Positions 18,497-27,835 of a stretch of 64,000 nucleotides of DNA are shown piece after piece. The notes beneath the pieces were generated by a model. That model made no database searches. It saw only the letters and a program-made list of their open reading frames with translations, and had not been told where the DNA came from. This DNA is from Patescibacteria group bacterium. GTDB taxonomy: Bacteria > Patescibacteriota > Patescibacteriia > UBA1558 > GWA2-36-10. Every line of letters starts with the position of its first letter. The stretch's first letter is position 1. The stretch spans positions 69,030 through 133,029 of the forward strand of contig JBAZKN010000002.1 of the NCBI GenBank assembly GCA_041650755.1, written 5' to 3'. The position numbers were made by a program, and so were the translations under genes.

Positions 18497-19293
18497 ATCA
18501 TCCAAAAATTGATATAGTGCGTCATGGGCAAGCCAAATATGGTCAAGAAAAAGTTTCCCTCGCTGAAGCTCAGGATCTGACTCCAGAAGGGGAGGAGCAG
18601 GTCAGGGCTAGTGCAGAAGCTCTAACGGAGCTTATTGGTCCTGATGAAGAGGTGGTGATTTGGTCATCGCCCATAGGACGAACTTTGCAGACAGCTAAAA
18701 TTATTGCCGAAACATTGGAGCAGAAAGGTATTCATTTGCGCGACAAGGCCAAATCAGACAGACCCGGTATTCAGACACATGAACAGCTGATAGAAGTAAA
18801 AGATTTTTCTTGGCAACTTTTTAAACCATTGATTGAAGGCGGTGATCTTACTTTTGCTGGACATAAATTTTTTATTGACAAAAAACTTAGCAACCCAAAC
18901 AATTTAGCTTACCCTGAATATTTTACTGAAGATTGTATTAGCAAGATTAGCCCAGAAGCCAAGACCCAATGGCCGGTTGAATACGTGCAAATAATTGACG
19001 GTATGGAAAAATTTATCGAAGTTACGAGGCGTATGATGGGTACATTAGATAGGCTAAAAAAGCTGCAAGATAAGCCTTACCGTATTATTATAGTGACTCA
19101 CGATGCTTTGATGGGTTTTATTGCTAATATTTTTTCCGCCGGAGAAAAAAGTGGTGTTGATAGTGGTGAGTTTATCAATCTGGAGATAAAAGATGATAAA
19201 TTGGTGGCCACCAGGGTTGGCACTATCACCGAAGGAGATTATAATACAGACATTATTGAAGAATTTAATCAGCGCCACGGCCAAAAAAATTAA
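18484..19293 (+). CDS. Histidine phosphatase (PGM-like) family protein
   Basis: IVRHG, LT.EG..Q, WSSP..RT.QTA, IIVTH. Confidence 0.88.
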   Translation: MEKINHPKIDIVRHGQAKYGQEKVSLAEAQDLTPEGEEQVRASAEALTELIGPDEEVVIWSSPIGRTLQTAKIIAETLEQKGIHLRDKAKSDRPGIQTHEQLIEVKDFSWQLFKPLIEGGDLTFAGHKFFIDKKLSNPNNLAYPEYFTEDCISKISPEAKTQWPVEYVQIIDGMEKFIEVTRRMMGTLDRLKKLQDKPYRIIIVTHDALMGFIANIFSAGEKSGVDSGEFINLEIKDDKLVATRVGTITEGDYNTDIIEEFNQRHGQKN

Positions 19294-19329
19294 TTTTTAT
19301 TTTTTCCAAAAATTTGCTATAATGTATAT

Positions 19330-19752
19330 ATGCCAATTTGGATTTTGTATGCATTGTTATCAGCCGTCTTTGCGGCCCTAGTGGCGATTTTTGGCAAGAT
19401 CGGCATAAAAGATTTAGACACTACTCTGGCTACGACCGTGCGGTCATTTATTATGGCTGCTTTTTTATTCTTAGTTTCTTTATCTTTGGGCAAATTGCCA
19501 CTACTGCGCACTATTCAGCACAAAGCATTGCTATTTATTATTCTGGCTGGTATAGCCGGCGCCCTATCATGGTTGTTCTATTTTTATGCACTGAAGTACG
19601 GTAAAGCTTCTGGTGTAGCGGCCGTTGATCGCTTGAGCGTGGTGTTTGTCTTGATCTTGTCAATTTTGTTTTTGAGTGAAAAATTGACTTGGCAAACAGG
19701 AGTAGGAGCATTACTAGTCACTGCTGGGGCAATTTTGTTTGCTGTCAAATAA
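19330..19752 (+). CDS. EamA/DMT family transporter
   Basis: Single EamA domain; FAALVAIFGKIG, SWLFYFYALK, VDRLSVV. Confidence 0.9.
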   Translation: MPIWILYALLSAVFAALVAIFGKIGIKDLDTTLATTVRSFIMAAFLFLVSLSLGKLPLLRTIQHKALLFIILAGIAGALSWLFYFYALKYGKASGVAAVDRLSVVFVLILSILFLSEKLTWQTGVGALLVTAGAILFAVK

Positions 19753-19799
19753 ATTAATTTTATATATTTAAGTAATTTAATTATTAAAGAGAAACAACT

Positions 19800-20006
19800 A
19801 TGAAAAATTTAAATGGGTTGGATTGGCTACTATTAATCCTTTTGATTATCGGCGGTTTGAATTGGGGTTTGGTTGGCCTATTTGACTTTAATTTGGTTGA
19901 AGCTCTTTTTGGCAGCGTCATGATTATTGCCAAAATCATCTATATTGTGGTGGGCGTTTCAGCTGTCTATATTTTGGCGATTTCCGGTAAATTAGCCAAG
20001 AAATAG
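19800..20006 (+). CDS. DUF378 family small membrane protein
   Basis: IIGGLNWGLVGLF.FNLV..LFG...IIYIVVG. Confidence 0.9.
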   Translation: MKNLNGLDWLLLILLIIGGLNWGLVGLFDFNLVEALFGSVMIIAKIIYIVVGVSAVYILAISGKLAKK

Positions 20007-20106
20007 GGCTTCGGGGTAGTTTTTCTTGTCCAGTAGTCTTTAGAATTGACTTTTTAAACAGCTAGCTATAAACTTGTCTGTTAGCTGATTTTTTTGTTAG
20101 AATTAA

Positions 20107-20162
20107 CCCCGTGAAACCTCGCGGGGCAAGACTGCCGTTAAATCTTAGGTGTTTCACGGTGG
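20107..20162. repeat. Palindromic element upstream of tRNA-Pro
   Basis: CCGTGAAAC...GTTTCACGG inverted repeat. Confidence 0.45.
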
Positions 20163-20175
20163 TAAGTTAGTTTAT

Positions 20176-20252
20176 CGGGGTGTAGCGCAGTTGGCTAGCG
20201 CGCAGCGTTCGGGACGCTGAGGTCGTGGGTTCGAGCCCCACCACTCCGACCA
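20176..20252 (+). tRNA. tRNA-Pro (anticodon CGG)
   Basis: Acceptor CGGGGTG/CACTCCG, anticodon arm CAGCG-TTCGGGA-CGCTG, ACCA end. Confidence 0.95.
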
Positions 20253-20387
20253 CTCGATTCGCCTCTCGACTTCGCTCGAGGCTCACTCGTGGTCTACGGC
20301 GCCCATAGCGCCTTCGACCAGTAATGTTTAATATGCGAATCGAGTGTCCTGAGCGACTCTGAGTGTAGCGAAGAGGAGTCGAAGGGC
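20251..20387. repeat. Composite palindromic (REP-like) element between tRNA-Pro and GIY-YIG gene
   Basis: CACTCGATTCGC 20251-20262 / GCGAATCGAGTG 20335-20346; TCGACTTCGCTCGA; CCTTCGAC/GTCGAAGG; GTCCTGAGCGA. Confidence 0.6.
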
Positions 20388-20424
20388 GATCAAAGTTAAA
20401 TAATAATGAACGAAGAAAAGCAAC

Positions 20425-20685
20425 ATGACAAAATATTATTTTTATTTAGCCCGTTGTAATGACAATACTTTATACTCCGGCTATACTAATAATATAAAGA
20501 GGCGTGAGCATCGGCATAATCTTGGTGAAGGCGCAAAATATACCAGACGCAGATTGCCCATTAAAATAATTTATTGGGAAAAATATGATACGAGAATTGA
20601 AGCAATGCGCAGAGAGACTCAAGTCAAACGATGGAGCAAAATAAAAAAAGAAAATTTAATTAAATATAAAAAACCATTAAAATAA
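20425..20685 (+). CDS. GIY-YIG nuclease family protein (YhbQ/UPF0213-like)
   Basis: YFYL.RC.D.TLYSGYT....R...HN.G.GAKYT; A.RRE..VK. Confidence 0.92.
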   Translation: MTKYYFYLARCNDNTLYSGYTNNIKRREHRHNLGEGAKYTRRRLPIKIIYWEKYDTRIEAMRRETQVKRWSKIKKENLIKYKKPLK

Positions 20686-20692
20686 ATTTTCC

Positions 20693-22348
20693 ATGACAAA
20701 CAAGAAAATACTTATTGCTGCTGCTTGGCCATATGCCAATGGATCATTGCATCTGGGGCATGTAGCCGGACTTTTGGGGTCAGATATACTGGCTCGGTAT
20801 TTTCGTTTGTCCGGGAATCAAGTTTTGTTTGTCTCGGGCAGTGATTGTCACGGCACGCCAATTTCTGTAGAGGCTGATCGTCAAGGCATTGCTCCGGAAA
20901 AAATTGCCGCTAAGTATCATCAAGAATTTGTCGAAAACCTGATTGGGGGCTTGGGTTTTTCTTATGATTTATATTCAAAAACCACTTCGCCATTCCACCA
21001 AAAGATTGTGCAGGATATTTTTTTGCAGCTTTATAAAAGAGGTGACATATATACCAAGACCGAGGATTTACCATATTGTATAAATTGCAAAAGATTTTTA
21101 CCGGATAGATATATAGAGGGTGAGTGTCCGGTTTGCCATTTTAATCCAGCTCGCGGTGATCAGTGTGATAATTGCGGCACCTTGCTTGACCCCAAAGATC
21201 TGATAGGTCCCAAGTGTAAGATTTGCGGAGGCACGCCCGAGTGGCGCCCATCGGAACATTTTTATTTGAAATTATCTCGCTATCAAGACAAGCTGACATC
21301 CTGGGCAAAAAAATCTACTGGTTGGCGGGCCAATGCTATTAATTTTACTATTAATTTTTTGGAGCAGGGTTTGCACGACCGGGCTATTACCCGCGACACT
21401 GACTGGGGTATCCCGGTGCCCTTAGATGGTTATGAGGGTAAAAGAATTTATGTTTGGTTTGAGGCTATTTGTGGCTATCTGACAACTAGCCAGGAGTGGG
21501 CAGCCAATAATAAAAAATCCTGGCAAGATTGGTGGCAAAAAAAAGATGCCCTGCATTATTATGTGCATGGCAAAGATAACATTCCTTTTCACGCTATTAT
21601 TTGGCCAGCGATTTTACTCGGTTGTGGTGATTTGCACTTGCCGGATAGGATCATTTCTTCAGAATACTTGACCATAGAAAGTAAACAATTTTCCAAAAGC
21701 CGCCACTGGGCAGTTTGGTTGCCGGATTTTTTATCCAGCTTTGACGGCGAAACTATCCGCTATTATCTGGTAGCCAACGGTCCAGAGACTTCGGATGCGG
21801 ATTTTTCCTGGTCAGAATATCAAGCACGCACCAATAAAGAATTGATTGGGAATTTTGGTAATTTGATTTATCGCGTTTTGTCTTTTATAAAAAATAATTT
21901 TCCGGAAGGGGTAGATTTCCCTCAAAAATTATCAGCCGAGCAGGCAGAATTTTTGCAGTTGGCTGAAGCTACCTTTCCGTCCACGGCTAAGGCGCTAGAA
22001 GCCGCTAAATTCAGAGAAGCTTTGCGCGAGGTTTTTAAATTAATAGAGGCCGGCAATCGTTTTTTGGATGCGGCTGCTCCGTGGACAAAGATAAAAAGTG
22101 ATCAAGCTCAGGCAGCTGCTGATTTGGCAGTTGTCGGGCAAGCGATCAAAGCTTTGGCTATTTTAATCAATCCATTTTTGCCGCGCAGCAGTGAAAAAAT
22201 TGCCGCCCAAATTGGTCTGTCTAATAAAGATCTTCAGTGGCAATATCCCAAAACCGGCAAATTGATGCTTGTCGATCCTAAGCCTTTGTATAAGCACATA
22301 GAGGACAGTGAAGTAGAGGCGCAGAGAAATAAATTAGGTAAAGCATAA
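20693..22348 (+). CDS. metG: Methionine--tRNA ligase (short form)
   Basis: WPYANGSLHLGH, Zn knuckles, IYVWFEA, GKDNIPFH, KQFSKS. Confidence 0.97.
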   Translation: MTNKKILIAAAWPYANGSLHLGHVAGLLGSDILARYFRLSGNQVLFVSGSDCHGTPISVEADRQGIAPEKIAAKYHQEFVENLIGGLGFSYDLYSKTTSPFHQKIVQDIFLQLYKRGDIYTKTEDLPYCINCKRFLPDRYIEGECPVCHFNPARGDQCDNCGTLLDPKDLIGPKCKICGGTPEWRPSEHFYLKLSRYQDKLTSWAKKSTGWRANAINFTINFLEQGLHDRAITRDTDWGIPVPLDGYEGKRIYVWFEAICGYLTTSQEWAANNKKSWQDWWQKKDALHYYVHGKDNIPFHAIIWPAILLGCGDLHLPDRIISSEYLTIESKQFSKSRHWAVWLPDFLSSFDGETIRYYLVANGPETSDADFSWSEYQARTNKELIGNFGNLIYRVLSFIKNNFPEGVDFPQKLSAEQAEFLQLAEATFPSTAKALEAAKFREALREVFKLIEAGNRFLDAAAPWTKIKSDQAQAAADLAVVGQAIKALAILINPFLPRSSEKIAAQIGLSNKDLQWQYPKTGKLMLVDPKPLYKHIEDSEVEAQRNKLGKA

Positions 22349-22355
22349 ATATCTT

Positions 22356-22432
22356 GGGCCAATAGCTCAGCTGGCTAGAGCGCTGCATTCGCATTGCAGA
22401 GGTGGTGGGTTCGAATCCCACTTGGTCCACCA
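22356..22432 (+). tRNA. tRNA-Ala (anticodon CGC)
   Basis: Acceptor GGGCCAA/TTGGTCC with G3:U70, anticodon arm CTGCA-TTCGCAT-TGCAG, ACCA. Confidence 0.95.
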
Positions 22433-22441
22433 ATAAAATTT

Positions 22442-23473
22442 ATGTTAGATGAATACGATGTAATTATTGTTGGAGGGGGACCGGCGGGATTAAGTTGTGC
22501 CATTGAATTGCAAAAAGCAGACCTAAGCGTTCTTTTGTTGGAAAAGAATGGAGCGATTGGTCCCAAAGTCTGCGCTGGCGGCATAACCACCAAAATTAAA
22601 GATGTTGATATACCCTTGGATACTGCCGAGGTTTTATTTTCTTCCATTAATGTATCTTTTCTGGATAAAAAAGTATCAATTTCTCAAGAAAACATTCCTT
22701 TTGTTGGCACGATTGATCGGGAGAAATTAGGAGAATTTTTGTTGAAAAGAATATCTGATAAAGTTACTGTCAAAACAAACTGTAATGTGTCTCAAGTGGG
22801 GGATGATTTTATTGTAGCCGATGGCCAAAGAATAAGATATAAGTATCTAGTTGGAGCCGATGGCAGTCATTCTATAGTGAGAAAATTTTTAGGTTTAAAA
22901 AATAATAAATTTATTACCGCTATTCAATATTTAGTATCAAGTAACCATAAAAATTTAGAATTTTTTATCGACATTGATTTATTCGGGTCCGGCTATGCTT
23001 GGATTTTTCCTCACCAGAGCTATACTTCGATTGGCTGCGGCCAAGGAATACGAAATAATCAACCTTCAGATTTATCAAAGAATTTTGTTTCATGGCTAGA
23101 GAAAAAAAAGATATCAGTCGCAGGTCTTAAATTGCAAGGCTGGACAATAAACATTGATTATCGGGGGTTTGAGTTTGGCAATAAATTTTTAGTTGGTGAT
23201 GCTGGCGGCTTTGCATCTGGTTTGACCGGCGAGGGCATTTATTTTGCCTTAGTTTCCGGCAGGGAGGTAGCCAGAAAAATACTTGATCCAAAATATAAAT
23301 GTAGAAAAATAATAGAAATATTGAGAATAAAGCGCCATCACGAAAGAGCCATTTCATTTATTTCTTTTTTAATTAAATTTAATAAAATATTAGCCAGCAG
23401 CTTTATTAAATTTTCTCTTAACTTAGCCAGACACAGGTGGTTTGCAAAGAAGCTAATTAATAATTACGGGTAA
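22442..23473 (+). CDS. FAD-dependent oxidoreductase, geranylgeranyl-reductase family
   Basis: IVGGGPAG, KVCAGG, GADG, GYAWIFP, LVGDAGG..SGLTGEGIYFA; start ATG 22442. Confidence 0.88.
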   Translation: MLDEYDVIIVGGGPAGLSCAIELQKADLSVLLLEKNGAIGPKVCAGGITTKIKDVDIPLDTAEVLFSSINVSFLDKKVSISQENIPFVGTIDREKLGEFLLKRISDKVTVKTNCNVSQVGDDFIVADGQRIRYKYLVGADGSHSIVRKFLGLKNNKFITAIQYLVSSNHKNLEFFIDIDLFGSGYAWIFPHQSYTSIGCGQGIRNNQPSDLSKNFVSWLEKKKISVAGLKLQGWTINIDYRGFEFGNKFLVGDAGGFASGLTGEGIYFALVSGREVARKILDPKYKCRKIIEILRIKRHHERAISFISFLIKFNKILASSFIKFSLNLARHRWFAKKLINNYG

Positions 23474-23477
23474 TTTT

Positions 23478-24446
23478 ATGTTAAGCAAGCAATACTTATC
23501 TTCAGATATTTTGGATAATATTTTACAGCCCTTTACGTTGGCAGAAATAACCAAAATTGAACCAGTGGCAACCAGCGGTAATATTGCCTATAAAATAGAG
23601 ACCAAAAATGGCGCTTATTTTTTTCGTCTTTGTCCAACTGGCCCACGCTGGCGAAGTAGTGAGGAGATCGCTGCTGAAATAGAATTATTAGATTATTTAT
23701 ATCAGCACAAATTACCGGTATTGCCAGCTCTGTCTGATAAAAATGGTCAGCGGATTATTTCTTGGCAAGGGCAATATGGCTATTTGCGGAAGTTTGTGGA
23801 TGCGCAAGAAAAATTAGATACCGGTATAGGAGAAATAGAAAAATTTGGGTCAATGATTGGCAGCTTACATGAGCTATTACAAAATTTTAAAACAATAAAC
23901 AAACGAGAACATATTTTTAATCCCGCACACACCAAAGAATATTTTTTTACCAATAAAAATAAGATTCTGCAGAGCGACTTTCCAGACTCAAAAAAATTTG
24001 TGGATAAATTTGAACAAGAAATTTGTTCACTAGAATTTCCCGATGATTTGCCAGCTGGTTTGATCCATGAAGACTTAGGCAGGCGTCATGTGCTTTGGTG
24101 CAATGACGAAATTACGGCAGTGATTGATTTTGACCGTTGTTATTTTGGCAAATTTATTTGGGATTTAGGTCAGGCAGCCAGAGGCTGGTGCTTTAGTCGC
24201 GATTGGCACTCATGGCAAGCAGAAAATTTTATCGCTTTACTCAAAGGTTATCAGACAAAAAGAGTTTTAACTGATTTGGAAAAAGAATATTTACCCATGG
24301 CAATTAGATTTGCTATTTTAGAAAGAGCCCTATCTTTTTGTTTACGTTTTATAGATGTGACTCAAGACGAGGAGGATGCTAGATTTGCCAAACAAAGTTT
24401 ATTTTCTCAACTAGAAATAATTAAACAAATAAAAACAGCCGCCTAG
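23478..24446 (+). CDS. APH-fold phosphotransferase (type II homoserine-kinase-like)
   Basis: GN.AYKI, EIELL.YL, LPAGLIHEDL, VIDFD, DL motifs. Confidence 0.82.
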   Translation: MLSKQYLSSDILDNILQPFTLAEITKIEPVATSGNIAYKIETKNGAYFFRLCPTGPRWRSSEEIAAEIELLDYLYQHKLPVLPALSDKNGQRIISWQGQYGYLRKFVDAQEKLDTGIGEIEKFGSMIGSLHELLQNFKTINKREHIFNPAHTKEYFFTNKNKILQSDFPDSKKFVDKFEQEICSLEFPDDLPAGLIHEDLGRRHVLWCNDEITAVIDFDRCYFGKFIWDLGQAARGWCFSRDWHSWQAENFIALLKGYQTKRVLTDLEKEYLPMAIRFAILERALSFCLRFIDVTQDEEDARFAKQSLFSQLEIIKQIKTAA

Positions 24447-24468
24447 TCCTCCCGAACTAGACGGTTGT

Positions 24469-25023
24469 TTAGCCGGACGGCCAGATGAACTTTGGGCCGT
24501 TTTTGCTCCACCGCGATTTCACGATGCAGACACTGACGCCTGACGCACGCAGGGCAATCATGTCCTCACATAGCCATTTTCGGCGCAAACGCATGTTGCG
24601 CCATAGTTGCTTGGCAATGCTCCGGAGGTTCCTCTTGTCGCGAGGCTTGCCCGAGCCCCGCCAACCCAGCTCTGCTTCCCAGCTGTGGTGTCCAGACCGA
24701 TACCAGTGTGGTATACGGTTGAGCCAGAACATGAGCTGAGAGAAGAAGGAGGGGTAGAGGTAGATGATGAAGTCATAGGACTTTAGGGGTAGGACGGCAT
24801 CTTTCAGCGTGGCGTGTACATCTTCAATGATATACGAGGTGTCGGTCCGGAATTCGGCGGGTAGCTCGGTGAGGATGTCGGCGTCGCGTTGGTCGCGCAG
24901 TTCGGGGAAGTGATCGGCGTCAAAATGTAACACCAGACAGCCCCTGCTCTTCAGACCCTGTACGATACTTCGGCGCAATGTGCTTTTGCCCGTGATCCCA
25001 ATGCCAGTGATTAGCATTTTCAT
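24469..25023 (-). CDS. Orphan P-loop kinase-like protein
   Basis: LITGIGITGKSTL Walker A; perfect SD AAGGAGGTGA before ATG 25023; promoter TTGACA-17-TATATT (25110-25082). Confidence 0.75.
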   Translation of the reverse strand: MKMLITGIGITGKSTLRRSIVQGLKSRGCLVLHFDADHFPELRDQRDADILTELPAEFRTDTSYIIEDVHATLKDAVLPLKSYDFIIYLYPSFFSQLMFWLNRIPHWYRSGHHSWEAELGWRGSGKPRDKRNLRSIAKQLWRNMRLRRKWLCEDMIALRASGVSVCIVKSRWSKNGPKFIWPSG

Positions 25024-25203
25024 GATCTCACCTCCTTTATGGGTGATTTCGCGGTGGATTGTGGAATGTTCGGAAAATAATAATATAGCAAAAATAGACA
25101 CTTTTGTCAATAGTAGATAATTTCCAATAAAATGTCCTTGATATTATGGGCTGTTTATATTAAAGTATATAAGCATAAGATTAATTTAAATATTTAATTA
25201 AGC

Positions 25204-27549
25204 ATGTCGGAGCGATATAATTTTACAGATCGAGAAGAGCACTGGCGCAAGTTTTGGGAAAGCGAGGAGATTTTTAAATTTAATCCTCATACCAAAAAAC
25301 CAATTTATTCGGTTGATACACCGCCACCCTATGTTTCGGCTGACCACTTGCACCCCGGGCACATCATGAGCTATTCGCAGGCCGAATTTGTGGTACGTTA
25401 CAAAAGAATGGCTGGTTGTGAGGTTTATTATCCCATGGGATTTGATGATAATGGCCTGCCTACCGAAAGGTATGTGGAAAAAAAATATAATCTTGATAAA
25501 AATAAAATTTCCCGAGCGGATTTTATTGCCAAATGTCTGGCGGAAACTAAGATTGGTGTTCAGACTTACCGTAGCTTGTGGCGACTCCTGGGCATTTCAG
25601 TTGATTGGAGTAAGACCTATAGCACCATTGATGCTCATTGCCAGCGGATTTCCCAATGGTCATTTCTTGATTTGTATAAAAAGGGAAAATTAGAGCGTCG
25701 TGATGAGCCGACTAGTTGGTGTCCGGCTTGTCAGACGGCAGTGTCGCAAGCTGACCTTGAGGATAAAGAAGAAGACAGTAATTTAAATTATATTAATTTC
25801 TCAGGCTCCAGTGGCCAGGATTTATTGATTGCCACTACCAGGCCAGAGCTACTTCCGGCCTGTGTGGCTCTATTTGTCAATCCGCAAGACAAAAGATATC
25901 TTGGTTTAATTAGCCAAAAAGTCACGGTGCCAATTTTTGGCCAAACAGTCCCAATTTTGACCGATGAAAGCGTGGATATAAATTTTGGTACAGGCTTAAT
26001 GATGGTTTGCACCTGGGGAGATACCGAAGATGTGCGTAAATATCGGCTCAACAATTTGCCGTCCAGAGCAGTGATTAATCCAAATGGGACTTTGGGCGAA
26101 TTGGCCGGTGAGTTTTCTGGTCTGTCGATAAATAAAGCCCGAGCCGCTATTTTAGAAAAATTGCAAGCCAGTGGTAAGCTAGTCAAGCAAGAGAAAATAA
26201 AACATGTCCTTAATGTGCACGAGCGCTGCGGCACGCCGGTAGAGCTTATTCAGACTAAACAGTGGTTTATAAAAGTTCTGAATATAAAAGACCAACTGAT
26301 CAAGCAAGCCGATAAGATGAAGTGGTATCCGCAATATATGAAACAGCGTTATTTAGATTGGACTAAATCTTTGCAATGGGACTGGTGCATTTCGCGGCAG
26401 CGATATTATGGTGTGCCATTTCCAGTCTGGTATTGTGCGGATTGCGGCGAAGAGATTTTGCCGGCCGTTGAAGATTTGCCGGTTGACCCGACTGTCCAGG
26501 CACCAAAAATAAAGGCTTGCCCAAAGTGTAAGTCCACAACATTTGTGCCCGAAAAAGACGTGATGGATACTTGGATGACTTCGTCAATGACACCCAATAT
26601 TGGCGCAGAATTGTTTGAAGAAAAAGTTGCCAAAAAATTATATCCAGCCACTTTACGGCCGCAAGCTTATGATATTATCCGTACCTGGTTGTTTTATGCG
26701 GTAGTCAAGTCTTTTTATCATTTCCAGAGTATACCTTTCAGAGACATTATGATTTCCGGGCACGGCCAGGATTCAAAGGGCCAAAAGTTTTCCAAGCGCT
26801 TGGGTAATTTTGTTTCGCCGGATAAAGTGATAAGCCAATTTGGTGCTGATGCTATGCGCTACTGGACCACGGGAGCAAATTTGGGAGAAAATTTGCGCTA
26901 CAATGAAGATGAGATTAAGCGCGGTAGTCGGGCAGTGACCAAAATTTTTAATGTAGCCAAATTTTGTTTAGGGCACTTTGTCTTTAAAGATTATTCCAAA
27001 ATGCCCAGTAAACTGGAGCCGGAAGATGTTTGGATTTTATCTAACTTAAATCATACTATCCTAGCCGTAACCAAACATTTTGAGGAGTATCAATATGCCA
27101 AAGCGGTCAGCCAAATAGACGATTTTTTCTGGAATCAGCTGTGTGATAATTATATTGAATTTGTCAAACCGCGGCTTTATGCTGATACTTCGGACGAGAC
27201 CGCCAAGGCTGTTTTGTATCGGGTGCTTTTAAGCGTGATAAGGCTCTATGCTCCGATTCTACCTTTTATTACCGAGGAAGTCTATCAACAATATTTTGTA
27301 AAATTTGAAAAAGTAAAAAGTATACATTTGAGTAGCTGGCCAAAAAATTTGACTGATATAAAATTTGACAAAGATACATTAGCTTCATTTGGCCTAGCCG
27401 TAGAAGCAGTTGCGGAAATCAGGAAATATAAATCCGAGCAAAAAATTTCTTTAGGGAAAGAGATAGAGGATTATAAATTGCAAACCAAAGTTGATAAAAA
27501 ATATCTAAAGTTTATCGGGCAAGTTATCAAAGTAAAAAATCTGCAATAA
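25204..27549 (+). CDS. valS: Valine--tRNA ligase (archaeal-like/type 2, no C-terminal coiled coil)
   Basis: DTPPPYVS..LHPGH, GFDDNGLPTE, WCISRQRYYG, DTW.TSS, KFSKR. Confidence 0.95.
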   Translation: MSERYNFTDREEHWRKFWESEEIFKFNPHTKKPIYSVDTPPPYVSADHLHPGHIMSYSQAEFVVRYKRMAGCEVYYPMGFDDNGLPTERYVEKKYNLDKNKISRADFIAKCLAETKIGVQTYRSLWRLLGISVDWSKTYSTIDAHCQRISQWSFLDLYKKGKLERRDEPTSWCPACQTAVSQADLEDKEEDSNLNYINFSGSSGQDLLIATTRPELLPACVALFVNPQDKRYLGLISQKVTVPIFGQTVPILTDESVDINFGTGLMMVCTWGDTEDVRKYRLNNLPSRAVINPNGTLGELAGEFSGLSINKARAAILEKLQASGKLVKQEKIKHVLNVHERCGTPVELIQTKQWFIKVLNIKDQLIKQADKMKWYPQYMKQRYLDWTKSLQWDWCISRQRYYGVPFPVWYCADCGEEILPAVEDLPVDPTVQAPKIKACPKCKSTTFVPEKDVMDTWMTSSMTPNIGAELFEEKVAKKLYPATLRPQAYDIIRTWLFYAVVKSFYHFQSIPFRDIMISGHGQDSKGQKFSKRLGNFVSPDKVISQFGADAMRYWTTGANLGENLRYNEDEIKRGSRAVTKIFNVAKFCLGHFVFKDYSKMPSKLEPEDVWILSNLNHTILAVTKHFEEYQYAKAVSQIDDFFWNQLCDNYIEFVKPRLYADTSDETAKAVLYRVLLSVIRLYAPILPFITEEVYQQYFVKFEKVKSIHLSSWPKNLTDIKFDKDTLASFGLAVEAVAEIRKYKSEQKISLGKEIEDYKLQTKVDKKYLKFIGQVIKVKNLQ

Positions 27550-27630
27550 TCTTGAATACCTTTATTTTGGCGGTAATTTACCTACTTGCCTTTTTATTAT
27601 AATAGTATTATATTTCCAGCGGACTTATTT

Positions 27631-27718
27631 GCCGAAGTGGCGAAACTTGGTAGACGCGCATGGTTCAGGGCCATGTGATCGCAAGGTCGTGAGGGTTCAA
27701 ATCCCTCCTTCGGCACCA
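27631..27718 (+). tRNA. tRNA-Leu (anticodon CAG)
   Basis: Acceptor GCCGAAG/CTTCGGC, anticodon arm CATGG-TTCAGGG-CCATG, long variable arm, ACCA. Confidence 0.95.
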
Positions 27719-27835
27719 AATATTATATGAGCACTAGTAAACTAGTGTTTTTTGTTGCTTGACTTATCGGATTAATTGGCCTATATTATTAGGCGGTTTA
27801 GATGTTCCTTGGTTTTCTGCCGAAGGGAGTGAGCT

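Noticed and set aside
15592-22441. Extended N-termini in the ORF track at 15592, 17339 and 22394
   Set aside because: They run through tRNA genes or a palindromic repeat; downstream ATGs at 15721, 17447 and 22442 fit better
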